A DNA stretch of 15,917 nucleotides from Candidatus Eiseniibacteriota bacterium. Its GTDB lineage: Bacteria; Eisenbacteria; RBG-16-71-46; DASYSL01. Below are positions 9,203-15,917 of the stretch, piece after piece (the first letter of the stretch is position 1; the number at the start of each line of letters is the position of its first letter). Location of the stretch: assembly GCA_046598045.1 (NCBI GenBank), contig JBKJJJ010000117.1, positions 1-15,917 of the forward strand, in the 5' to 3' direction. Under the pieces are notes generated by a model. The model did no database searches, was not told the origin of the DNA, and saw only the letters and a program-made list of their open reading frames with translations. The position numbers were made by a program, and so were the translations under genes.

Positions 9203-10003
9203 ATGCTCGTCGACGCCATGCCCGTTCCTGCACCTTCGAGCCCTGCGCGCCGCGCGCTCCATGCGGGCCTGTTCCTCACGGCCGGCCTGCTCGCGGCGTG
9301 TTCGAGCAATACCAACGCCCCGGTTGCGCCGATCGTCGTCAATCCGCATCCCGCGCCGGTGCCCATGTTCCGCGTCGTCGGGGAGCCACGTGTCGCCGTC
9401 CGATTCGCGGGCAGCTTGACCGAACCCATCGGCGCGACCGGGCTCACGGGCACGTTCAGCGTGACGCTCACCGACTCGAGCGGTCGCCGCGCGTTCCTGA
9501 ACGACGTGCGGTTGAACAACGTGCCGATGCACGAGGAGTTCGACGTGGTCTCGGGCCTGCCGTCGCGCTACCTCCTCGACGCGTCCGAGATCCCGGGGCT
9601 CGCGTTCGCGGACTCGCTGCGCTTCGAGGCGATCGATGGCGGGGACTACACGCCGCCGTTCAGCTACCTCATCCTGCCGTCGCACTTCACACTGCCGCCC
9701 GACTCGACGCAATTGCACACCAGCCAGGACCTCACGCTGCCGTGGGGCGGCGTCGTCGAGCACGTGATCGTCACCCTGGCCGACCTCACCGGGAAGAAAT
9801 TGCGCTTCAATCTCCAGGTCGAGAATTTCACGGGCGCGACCGAGGTGTTCATTCCCGGCAGCGATCTCGCCGGGCTCTACCCGGGCGAGATCCAGGTCGG
9901 CACCTACGTGCTCGACACCGAGTTGCGCGTCGGGGCGTCGTTCCGCACCCAGATCGTGCAGATGGATGTCAAACAGTACCGCGTGTGGAACCTCGGACCC
10001 TGA
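9203..10003 (+). CDS. Hypothetical lipoprotein, beta-rich
   Basis: Basic-hydrophobic leader ending in lipobox LAA|C (Cys codon 9299-9301), then S/N/P-rich linker. Strong GC3 bias. Starts 3 nt after upstream stop; alternative ATG at 9218. Confidence 0.75.
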   Translation: MLVDAMPVPAPSSPARRALHAGLFLTAGLLAACSSNTNAPVAPIVVNPHPAPVPMFRVVGEPRVAVRFAGSLTEPIGATGLTGTFSVTLTDSSGRRAFLNDVRLNNVPMHEEFDVVSGLPSRYLLDASEIPGLAFADSLRFEAIDGGDYTPPFSYLILPSHFTLPPDSTQLHTSQDLTLPWGGVVEHVIVTLADLTGKKLRFNLQVENFTGATEVFIPGSDLAGLYPGEIQVGTYVLDTELRVGASFRTQIVQMDVKQYRVWNLGP

Positions 10004-11805
10004 CCAGAGATCGCTCCGCCATCCTCCTGCTCGCCCCGCTCGCCCTGGTCCTGCTCGCTTACGTGCTCGCGCCGTTCGCGCCCGGGATGGCGCTGTGGGG
10101 CGTGAACGCGTTGCGCTTCCTGCCGGGCGCGGCGTGGCTGCTGCCCGCGATCGGGCTGCTCGCGCTCATTCCCAGCCTGGCCAGGCGTGCCGTGCCCCTG
10201 GCCCGCGCGCTCGGGGACCTCATCCTGCGCAAGCCGGTGACGGCGACGATCGTCCTGGGCGGCGCGCTCGCCGCGCTCGTGCTCGCGTTCCCGGACCGCG
10301 CCCGCTTCGTCGGCGACTTCCTCATGCGCCAGGGCACGGTCGAGGAGGCGATCCGGCCGAACCTCCTCTTCCCGCAGGCGTTGCCGCTCGACACCTGGCT
10401 CCACTACCGCCTCCCGCTCCTGCTCTCGGACGCGCACCTGCTGACTCCGGCCGCGTACGGGCGCGCCCTCGGGGCGCTCGAAGCGTTCGCGCTCGGGGCA
10501 CTCGCGGTCGCGCTCGCCCGCGCGCTCGCGCTCGCCGGGCCGGCGGCATGCGCCGCCGCGTGCGCAGTCGCGTTCACCGGAGCGCTCGGCCTGATGACCG
10601 GCTACAGCAAGGCGTTCTCCGAACTCGCGCTGGTCACGCTCGCGCTCGCCGCGTTCGGCACGCGCGTCGCGCGCGAGGGGCGCGGCGCGTTCGGCTTGAT
10701 GCTCGCATGCGCGCTCGGACTGGCGCTCCATCGCTCGGCGCTGGCGCTCCTGCCGGCGGCGCTGGTCGCGCTTGCGCTCGCGGCGCGCGACCCGGGCCTG
10801 CGTCCGCGCCTCGGCGCGCGCTCCGCGCTCGCCGGGTACGGCGTGCTCGCGGTCGCACTTGCCCTGTTCCTGCCTTCGATCATCCGCACCGCGACCGGCT
10901 TCGACGTCACCCAGCACTTCGCCTCGGAGGACGTCCAGCGCGCGGGCGGCTTGATCCCCGCGGCGTTCGGCGGCCGGAGGCTGCTCGACTTATTGAACGT
11001 GTTCGTGTTCCTGACGCCGCTCGCGCCGTTCGTGCTCGCCGCGCCGGGTTCAGCCTTGCGCCGCCAGCCGGCCACGCTCGTCCTGGGCGCGCTGTTCCTC
11101 TCCTGGTTCGGCGTCGCGTTCCTGGTGTTCCCCGCGCAGGGCGTGTTCCGCGACTGGGACGTGTTCGCCGCCGCAGGCGTCGCCACCGCGGCGCTGGGCG
11201 GGTGGGTCCTCGCCCATGCGATCGCGGAGCGCCGCGAGCGCGCCGTGCTCGCTGTCGGCGTCTCCGCGGCGTGCATCGCGCTCGCGATCGTCGGACTGTG
11301 GTTGCCGCGCGACCGCGATCGCGGCTGGCGGCGGGTCGAGGCGTTCGTCGCCGGACCGCCTCTGCGCAGCGCGGTCGAGCGCGCGAAGACCTGGGACTTC
11401 CTCGGAGCGAGCTGGTACCAGGCGGGGCGCTATGCCGACGCCGCGCGCGCGTTCGGGCACGCGGCCGAGACCTCCCGCAGCCAGCGCATCTACCTGCAGT
11501 GGGCGACCGCGACGCGCGATGCCGGCGATGCCGTGGGCTACCAGCGGGTGCTCAAGGACATGGTCGCGTTTTCGCCCGAGACGGGGCTGGCGTGGCAGAT
11601 GCTCGGCTCGGTGTCGTGGCAACTCGGCGATTACCCCGAGGCAGCACGCGCGGCGAAGAACCTTGCGCGGCTCGCGCCGGGCGACGCGGACGTGGCCGCG
11701 CGCGCGGCGTACGTCGAGCGCTTCTACGCGGCATGGCGGGATAGTGTCGAGGGGCGGAGCAAGGTCGGGCCGCACGGCGGATTGAACGTCGGACCGTCCC
11801 GTTAA
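9985..11805 (+). CDS. Polytopic inner-membrane protein with C-terminal TPR-like helices (possible GT-C-fold protein)
   Basis: About 11-13 hydrophobic segments from ~10020 to ~11300, then TPR-like WDFLGASWYQAGRYADAARAF and WQMLGSVSWQLGDYPEAARA. Start uncertain (GTG 9985 or CTG 10000). The ORF-track extension to 9298 is out-of-frame overlap with the lipoprotein. Confidence 0.75.
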   Translation: MEPRTLTRDRSAILLLAPLALVLLAYVLAPFAPGMALWGVNALRFLPGAAWLLPAIGLLALIPSLARRAVPLARALGDLILRKPVTATIVLGGALAALVLAFPDRARFVGDFLMRQGTVEEAIRPNLLFPQALPLDTWLHYRLPLLLSDAHLLTPAAYGRALGALEAFALGALAVALARALALAGPAACAAACAVAFTGALGLMTGYSKAFSELALVTLALAAFGTRVAREGRGAFGLMLACALGLALHRSALALLPAALVALALAARDPGLRPRLGARSALAGYGVLAVALALFLPSIIRTATGFDVTQHFASEDVQRAGGLIPAAFGGRRLLDLLNVFVFLTPLAPFVLAAPGSALRRQPATLVLGALFLSWFGVAFLVFPAQGVFRDWDVFAAAGVATAALGGWVLAHAIAERRERAVLAVGVSAACIALAIVGLWLPRDRDRGWRRVEAFVAGPPLRSAVERAKTWDFLGASWYQAGRYADAARAFGHAAETSRSQRIYLQWATATRDAGDAVGYQRVLKDMVAFSPETGLAWQMLGSVSWQLGDYPEAARAAKNLARLAPGDADVAARAAYVERFYAAWRDSVEGRSKVGPHGGLNVGPSR

Positions 11806-12191
11806 CGCACGGTTTCCTTCACCAAGTCGGCGAAGCGCAACACGAACGCGGAGCGGGGCACGACGCGCGTGATCCCGAGCTCGATCGCGCGCTGGCGCAC
11901 GCCGGTCTCGACGTGCGAGTAGAACCCGAGCGTCGGCGGCGCGGAGATCTGCGCGAGGCGCTCGAGCAGCGCCATCCCGCGACCGCCCGGGTCGCTCAGG
12001 TCCGCGAGCACGAGTGCGGGCGGAGTCGCGTCGCGGGTCGCGCCCGATAGCGCGCCCACCAGTTCGTCCCCCGTGCCGAAGAAGCGCACGGCGACGCCCG
12101 CGCCGGCGGCGAGCACCTCGACCTTGGTGCGCAGGAACAGGTCCGGGACCAACGCCCAGACATTGATCTTGCGCACGTCCGCTTGACTCAA
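11802..12191 (-). CDS. Stand-alone atypical response-regulator receiver (CheY-like) protein
   Basis: Beta/alpha pattern ALVPDLFL..VRFF..PALVLADL..GMALLERL..TLGFYSH..AIELGITRVVPRS. TTG start preceded by GGAG. Confidence 0.8.
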   Translation of the reverse strand: MSQADVRKINVWALVPDLFLRTKVEVLAAGAGVAVRFFGTGDELVGALSGATRDATPPALVLADLSDPGGRGMALLERLAQISAPPTLGFYSHVETGVRQRAIELGITRVVPRSAFVLRFADLVKETVR

Positions 12192-12221
12192 AGTTCACTC
12201 CTGCACACGATGGCAACACGG

Positions 12222-12276
12222 TTACGATCCCGCCCGACGCATTGTTCCACGACGCGGCCCACGATGCCACGTTTCA
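12222..12276 (-). promoter_or_regulatory. Two tandem ECF-sigma-like promoter motifs
   Basis: Minus strand TGAAAC(12276-12271)-N16-CGTC and GGAAC(12248-12244)-N17-CGTAA upstream of the receiver gene. Confidence 0.4.
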
Positions 12277-12319
12277 CGGTCCCCGCGGGCGTTCCTTTCC
12301 GGACCCACGTTCCCGATCT

Positions 12320-12430
12320 TTGATCGCGCTCGCGTTCGGGTTCTCGGCGGCGGTCGGGATCTTCTTCGGGTTCTACCCGGCACGCAAGGCGTCGCTGCAG
12401 GACCCGATCGAGGCGCTGCGTTACGAGTAG
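12320..12430 (+). pseudogene. 3'-terminal remnant of a MacB/FtsX-family ABC transporter permease gene
   Basis: Translates to IALAFGFSAAVGIFFGFYPARKASLQDPIEALRYE*, the canonical MacB/YknZ C-terminus. The upstream in-frame sequence is unrelated and there is no room for the rest of the gene. Confidence 0.8.
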
Positions 12431-13263
12431 CCGCGTGCCGGCGGCGGCGCGTCGAGAAACGGCCGAAGGGCGTCGTTGAACTCCCGTGGATAGGACAGGT
12501 AGGGCATGTGGTGCCCGGGCGTGCTCGCGACTTCGCGGCCGCTCAGCCGCTCCCACGCGGCGAGCATCTCGGGTGGCGTCACCGCCCGTTCATTCCGGCC
12601 CTGCATGACGAGCACCGGGTGCTGCTCCGGCGCGGTGAGCCGACGCCAGTCCCATCTCCTCAATTCGATCACGCGCGCGAAGAAGGGGGCGATCTGCACG
12701 TCCGAGGCCCGGCGTGCGAGCAGCTCGAGTTCGTGCGGGCTGATCTCGGGCTCGGGCGAATACAGGCGGCGCTCCGACAGGAAGGTCGCCACCGGTGCGT
12801 GGTAGCGCGGCGGCGCGTAGCGCAGCAGCGCGCCCCCGAACAACCAGCCCGGCCCGAAGATGCTGCGCCAGGGACCGTGCCGCACGACCGGAGGCGCGAC
12901 CCACACCATGCGTGCGACCCGTTCCGGCGCGAGCAGTGCGACGTTCGCGGTGACGACCGAGCCGAACGACGCGCCGAGCACGTCCGCGCGTTCGATCCCG
13001 AGCATGTCCATGGCGGCGAGCACGTCGCGCGCCGCGGATTCGATCGCGCCCAGCCCCTTCCCGATCGTGGCATTCAGGTTGGTCGCGACTACGCGGCGGT
13101 CGGTCCGGAACGCGGCGACCTGGTGATGGTAGGTGTCGCGCGGTCCGCCGATCCCGGGGACGAGCACGAGCGGCGTGGCGTCATCGGGTTGTGTTCCGGT
13201 GTCGGTGACGGCGAACGATCCGCCATGGCGCGGACGGACCACGCAGGTTGCTTGATCGGTCAT
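12421..13263 (-). CDS. Alpha/beta fold hydrolase
   Basis: PLVLVPGIGG, nucleophile elbow GASFG, PERVARMVWV, PVLVMQGRNE, PGHHMPY...F. Confidence 0.88.
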   Translation of the reverse strand: MTDQATCVVRPRHGGSFAVTDTGTQPDDATPLVLVPGIGGPRDTYHHQVAAFRTDRRVVATNLNATIGKGLGAIESAARDVLAAMDMLGIERADVLGASFGSVVTANVALLAPERVARMVWVAPPVVRHGPWRSIFGPGWLFGGALLRYAPPRYHAPVATFLSERRLYSPEPEISPHELELLARRASDVQIAPFFARVIELRRWDWRRLTAPEQHPVLVMQGRNERAVTPPEMLAAWERLSGREVASTPGHHMPYLSYPREFNDALRPFLDAPPPARGYS

Positions 13264-13269
13264 GTGCCG

Positions 13270-13278
13270 AGTCTAGCA
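13270..13278 (-). promoter_or_regulatory. Extended -10 element (TGcTAGACT), probable leaderless promoter of the hydrolase
   Basis: Minus strand TGC-TAGACT-cggcac-ATG: 6 nt before the start, no SD. Confidence 0.55.
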
Positions 13279-13305
13279 GAGGGGCGCGCCGGGGCCGGGA
13301 TGCGC

Positions 13306-13311
13306 TATCAT
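13306..13311 (+). promoter_or_regulatory. Candidate -10 (TATCAT) for the thioesterase
   Basis: 5/6 match to TATAAT in GC-rich context, 30 nt upstream of GTG 13342. No recognisable -35. Confidence 0.35.
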
Positions 13312-13341
13312 GCCGCGGTCCATTCGCCGCCGGGAGGATCC

Positions 13342-13809
13342 GTGTCGCTGGCCCGATTCCATGCCGCAGCCGCTGCGCCCAAGAGCGCGCATGCCTACGA
13401 GATCCCGGTGCGCTACGGCGACACCGACCAGATGCGCGTCGCCTATTACGCAAATTATCTCTACTGGTTCGAGATCGCGCGCACCGAGTGGCTGCGCGCG
13501 CACGGCAAGAGTTACCGCGAGCTCGAGGCGGACGGAGTGATTCTCCCCGTGACCGAGGCGTACTGCCGATACCTCGCGTCGGCCCTTTACGACGACCGGC
13601 TCAGGCTGTGGGGTTGGGTCGGGGACCTGGGGCGCGCGACCGTGCAGTTCGATTATCGAATCGAGCGCGTGGGCGACGAGCGGTTGATCGCGGTCGGCTA
13701 CACGCGCCACTGTTTCCTCGATCGGGCCGGCCGACCCGTGCGCATCGAGGGCGCGCTGCACGGCCTGCTGGTGCAGGGACTGCCGGGCGCAATTCCAATA
13801 CAGAGCTGA
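13342..13809 (+). CDS. Acyl-CoA thioesterase, YbgC/FadM (4HBT hotdog) family
   Basis: VRYGDTDQMRVAYYANYLYWFEIARTEWLR, Y..SA.YDD motif. GTG 13342 preceded by GGAGG. Confidence 0.92.
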   Translation: MSLARFHAAAAAPKSAHAYEIPVRYGDTDQMRVAYYANYLYWFEIARTEWLRAHGKSYRELEADGVILPVTEAYCRYLASALYDDRLRLWGWVGDLGRATVQFDYRIERVGDERLIAVGYTRHCFLDRAGRPVRIEGALHGLLVQGLPGAIPIQS

Positions 13810-13842
13810 TCCCGGGCGGGCGCCGGGCGCCCCGCAGCCGCG

Positions 13843-13876
13843 TTGCGAAACGCGATCCGGCATTTGCATTTTGTAG
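13843..13876. promoter_or_regulatory. Candidate tandem upstream activator sites for a sigma54 enhancer-binding protein
   Basis: Imperfect palindromes TTGCG-AAA-CGCGA (13843) and TTGCA-TTT-TGTAG (13864), starts 21 bp apart. Confidence 0.4.
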
Positions 13877-14029
13877 GACTCAGGCACGTATCGCCGCCAC
13901 GAGGGCAGCCGGGCCGCTCCGCTTTGGGTCCATGAGCCTGCTCCCGCGCCCATCTCCACCGCACTCCGCGGCATGCGCTTACAGGTCATTTCCCGGCGCA
14001 CGCGAATCCCCGTCCCGTGGGACCTGCGG

Positions 14030-14045
14030 TGGCACGCGGCCTGCA
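14030..14045 (+). promoter_or_regulatory. Sigma54 (-24/-12) promoter
   Basis: TGGCACG-CGGC-CTGCA versus consensus TGGCACG-N4-TTGCW. Exact GG-N10-GC spacing, 76 nt upstream of GTG 14122. Confidence 0.7.
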
Positions 14046-14121
14046 ATGCCCTCCTTGTGATCGGCGCATCCTCCGCCCCGGAGGCCGCCCCGCAAGCCCC
14101 ACCGCCAGGGAGGCCACCGCA

Positions 14122-15747
14122 GTGACTCCGAGCCGCACTCATGGATGGAAGATTGCCGCAGCCGCATTGCTGGCCGTCAGCGCGTTTGCCGGATCCGCCC
14201 AGGCGCATCCGGACGGCACGTTCCCGCGCACGATGAACCTCGATTGGTCGAACAACCCGAACGCGCTGCGCAACAGCAAGTACGACATCGTCTCGTTCTC
14301 CTCGCGCGCGACCACCGCCAAGTTCGACTCGGTGAAGGCGCTCAATCCGGCCTCCATTCGGCTCGTGTCACCGGCGTGGTACGAGTACTACTACGCGGGG
14401 CCGTCGGGCTTTGCGCAGACCTATGGCCCGTACAGCACGACGGACCCGATCTTCGGCTACGACCGGAAGGTCTGGGACCTGATGAACGACAACAACTGGT
14501 GGTGCTGGGCCGTGGATTCGGCCGGCACGCGCTGGCACGGCACGGCGTACTGGGGCATGTGGATGGGGAACCTCTCGGTGAAGTGCCCGCGCAACGCGCA
14601 GGGCAAGCGTATGTGCGACGTCTACGCCGACTTCATCGTGGACCAGCTCGTCTCCCCGAAGGGCGCCGACGGCGTGATGCTCGACCAGTTGTGGGACAGC
14701 CCGGGCTGGCTCAACGGGTTCATGGGCGGCTGCCAGCCCGGCACGAACTGCACGGTCGAGACGCCCGGGACGTACTGGAAGACCTGGTTCGACCTCGACG
14801 CGAACGGCGTCGCCGATCCGCCGGACTCGCTCAACGTGTGGTGGAAGCAGGGCGTCGAGGTGGTGTTCCACCGCCTCCGCCAGCGCATGGGCCCGAACTT
14901 CGTGATCATGGGCAACGGGCACCATCACTACCTCGAGGCGAACGGCGCGATGCACGAGCGGTTCCCGCGCATTTTCGGCCGCGTGGATCCCGCGCCGAAC
15001 CCGTACAACTATCGCTGGCAGGATTCGATGTTCGGGCCGGACGGTTACCTCACGGTGTGGCCGACGCTCTACTCCGGTCCCGTGCGCAACCTGATCGACA
15101 CCGAGCTCGCCGGCGGCGATCGCCTGACCTACCCGAGCGGCCCGGCGAACCAGCAACTGTTCCGCTTCAACCTCGGCAGCGCACTGCTGGGCGACGGCTA
15201 CATGGCGCTCAACAGCGGCGACTATGCGTGCACCTACTGGCAGCCCGAGTACGACCTGAGGCTCGGCTGGCCGACCGGTCCCGCGTACGCGGTCACGCTC
15301 GCGGGCGTCGAGATCTGGCGCCGTGACTTCACGAACGGCAAGGTGTGGGTCAACGCCAGGGGCGTGAACGTGCCCTCCAGCCCCGACAATCCAGCGATCA
15401 ACGGCTGGGACGCGGTGATCAGCCAGAGTTCCGTCACGATCGGCGTGGCGCCCGGCCCGGCTAACGGCATCTCTTTCGAGCGCGCGCGGCCGAACCCGAT
15501 GTCGGACGGAGGGACGACGCTCAACTTCGCGCTCGCGGCGGGCGAGCAGGCGCGGCTCGAGGTGATCGACCTGCGCGGCCGCGTCGTGCGGCGCGTGTGG
15601 GGCGGCTTCGGCACCGGCGCCCTGCAGACCGCGCTCTGGGATGGCCGGACCGAGGAGGGATGGATCGCGCCGGCGGGCGTGTACTTCGCGCGCATCGAGG
15701 GCGAAGCGGGGCGCAGCGTGCAGCAGAAGCTGATCCGCGCTCGCTGA
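14122..15747 (+). CDS. Secreted putative glycoside hydrolase (GHL15-like TIM barrel) with C-terminal FlgD-Ig / T9SS-CTD-like domain
   Basis: GGAGG RBS then GTG. Signal peptide ending AQA. Motifs ADGVMLD, IMGNG, NGAMHERF, SALLGDGY, PEYDLRLGWP, WRRDFTNGKVWVN. Tail RPNP..IDLRGRVVR..WDGR..G..APAGVYFARI..QKLI. Confidence 0.78.
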   Translation: MTPSRTHGWKIAAAALLAVSAFAGSAQAHPDGTFPRTMNLDWSNNPNALRNSKYDIVSFSSRATTAKFDSVKALNPASIRLVSPAWYEYYYAGPSGFAQTYGPYSTTDPIFGYDRKVWDLMNDNNWWCWAVDSAGTRWHGTAYWGMWMGNLSVKCPRNAQGKRMCDVYADFIVDQLVSPKGADGVMLDQLWDSPGWLNGFMGGCQPGTNCTVETPGTYWKTWFDLDANGVADPPDSLNVWWKQGVEVVFHRLRQRMGPNFVIMGNGHHHYLEANGAMHERFPRIFGRVDPAPNPYNYRWQDSMFGPDGYLTVWPTLYSGPVRNLIDTELAGGDRLTYPSGPANQQLFRFNLGSALLGDGYMALNSGDYACTYWQPEYDLRLGWPTGPAYAVTLAGVEIWRRDFTNGKVWVNARGVNVPSSPDNPAINGWDAVISQSSVTIGVAPGPANGISFERARPNPMSDGGTTLNFALAAGEQARLEVIDLRGRVVRRVWGGFGTGALQTALWDGRTEEGWIAPAGVYFARIEGEAGRSVQQKLIRAR

Positions 15748-15778
15748 TCGGGCGCGGGGCGAACCGCGGCAGGGCATC

Positions 15779-15826
15779 GAGGCGGGAGCACGGGGGCGGA
15801 CCCCGCGCTTCCGCCTTCGTTGTTGT
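15779..15826 (+). terminator. Probable intrinsic terminator
   Basis: GGCGGGAGCACGGGG-gcgga-CCCCGCGCTTCCGCC stem (one mismatch, one G-U) followed by TTCGTTGTTGT, ~30 nt after the stop. Confidence 0.6.
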
Positions 15827-15899
15827 GGCCCGGGGGCGCGGCTTGTAACCTGCGGCATACTGCCCCTCCCGCGACGTCGAGATTTCGAGGAGATTCCCC

Positions 15900-15917
15900 A
15901 TGAACGCGTCCGCCCCC
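15900..15917 (+). CDS. Start of a downstream CDS (MNASAP...), truncated
   Basis: GAGGAG RBS at 15887-15892, then ATG 15900. Possible promoter TTGTGG-N17-TAACCT at 15823-15851. Confidence 0.55.

Noticed and set aside
7412..9763. 783-aa minus-strand ORF and other long alternative-frame ORFs (357-1361, 2387-3427, 4027-5226, 6105-7262, 9966-11744, 11050-12270, 14145-15326, 14368-15858)
   Set aside because: Arg/Ala/Pro-rich shadow ORFs expected at this GC content. Each overlaps a gene with clear family motifs and has no motifs of its own.
12211..12226. Possible plus-strand sigma54 site TGGCAAC-ACGG-TTACG
   Set aside because: The -12 dinucleotide is AC rather than the near-invariant GC.
12243..12279. 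parS-like words TGTTCCACG and GTTTCACG
   Set aside because: Only half-sites; the 16-bp palindrome TGTTNCACGTGAAACA is not completed.
12200..12320. CRISPR or riboswitch interpretation of the repetitive intergenic tract
   Set aside because: Repeats are short, irregularly spaced and non-identical. No cas genes, and no riboswitch consensus I recognise.
13816..13834. Hairpin GCGGGCGC-CGG-GCGCCCGC after the thioesterase as intrinsic terminator
   Set aside because: No U-tract follows, and GC-only stems arise easily by chance here.

Overview
Gene-dense, very GC-rich bacterial window with no rRNA, tRNA, CRISPR array or transposase that I can see. Left to right: a 5'-truncated YwrD-like gamma-glutamyltransferase (+) converges on mutY (-). 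Two tandem, translationally coupled paralogous secreted FG-GAP/VCBS proteins follow (-), each with 14 repeats and a C-terminal T9SS-CTD/FlgD-like Ig tail. Next is a probable + strand operon of a Nudix/metallo-beta-lactamase fusion, a lipoprotein and a polytopic membrane-TPR protein. Then come an atypical stand-alone receiver domain (-), a 3' remnant of a MacB/FtsX-type ABC permease (+), an alpha/beta hydrolase (-), a YbgC-like thioesterase (+), a secreted putative glycoside hydrolase (GHL15-like) with a FlgD-Ig tail (+), and the start of another CDS. The PNP...GVY...K tails plus high GC suggest an FCB-associated candidate phylum such as Ca. Eisenbacteria (inference only). The most notable signals are regulatory: a sigma54 promoter with phased enhancer-like sites, tandem ECF-like promoters, two probable leaderless promoters and an overlapping divergent -10 pair. 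The shared C-terminal sorting tail and the orphan permease fragment also stand out. I see no clear-cut novel multi-gene system; all family calls come from motif recognition, not searches.
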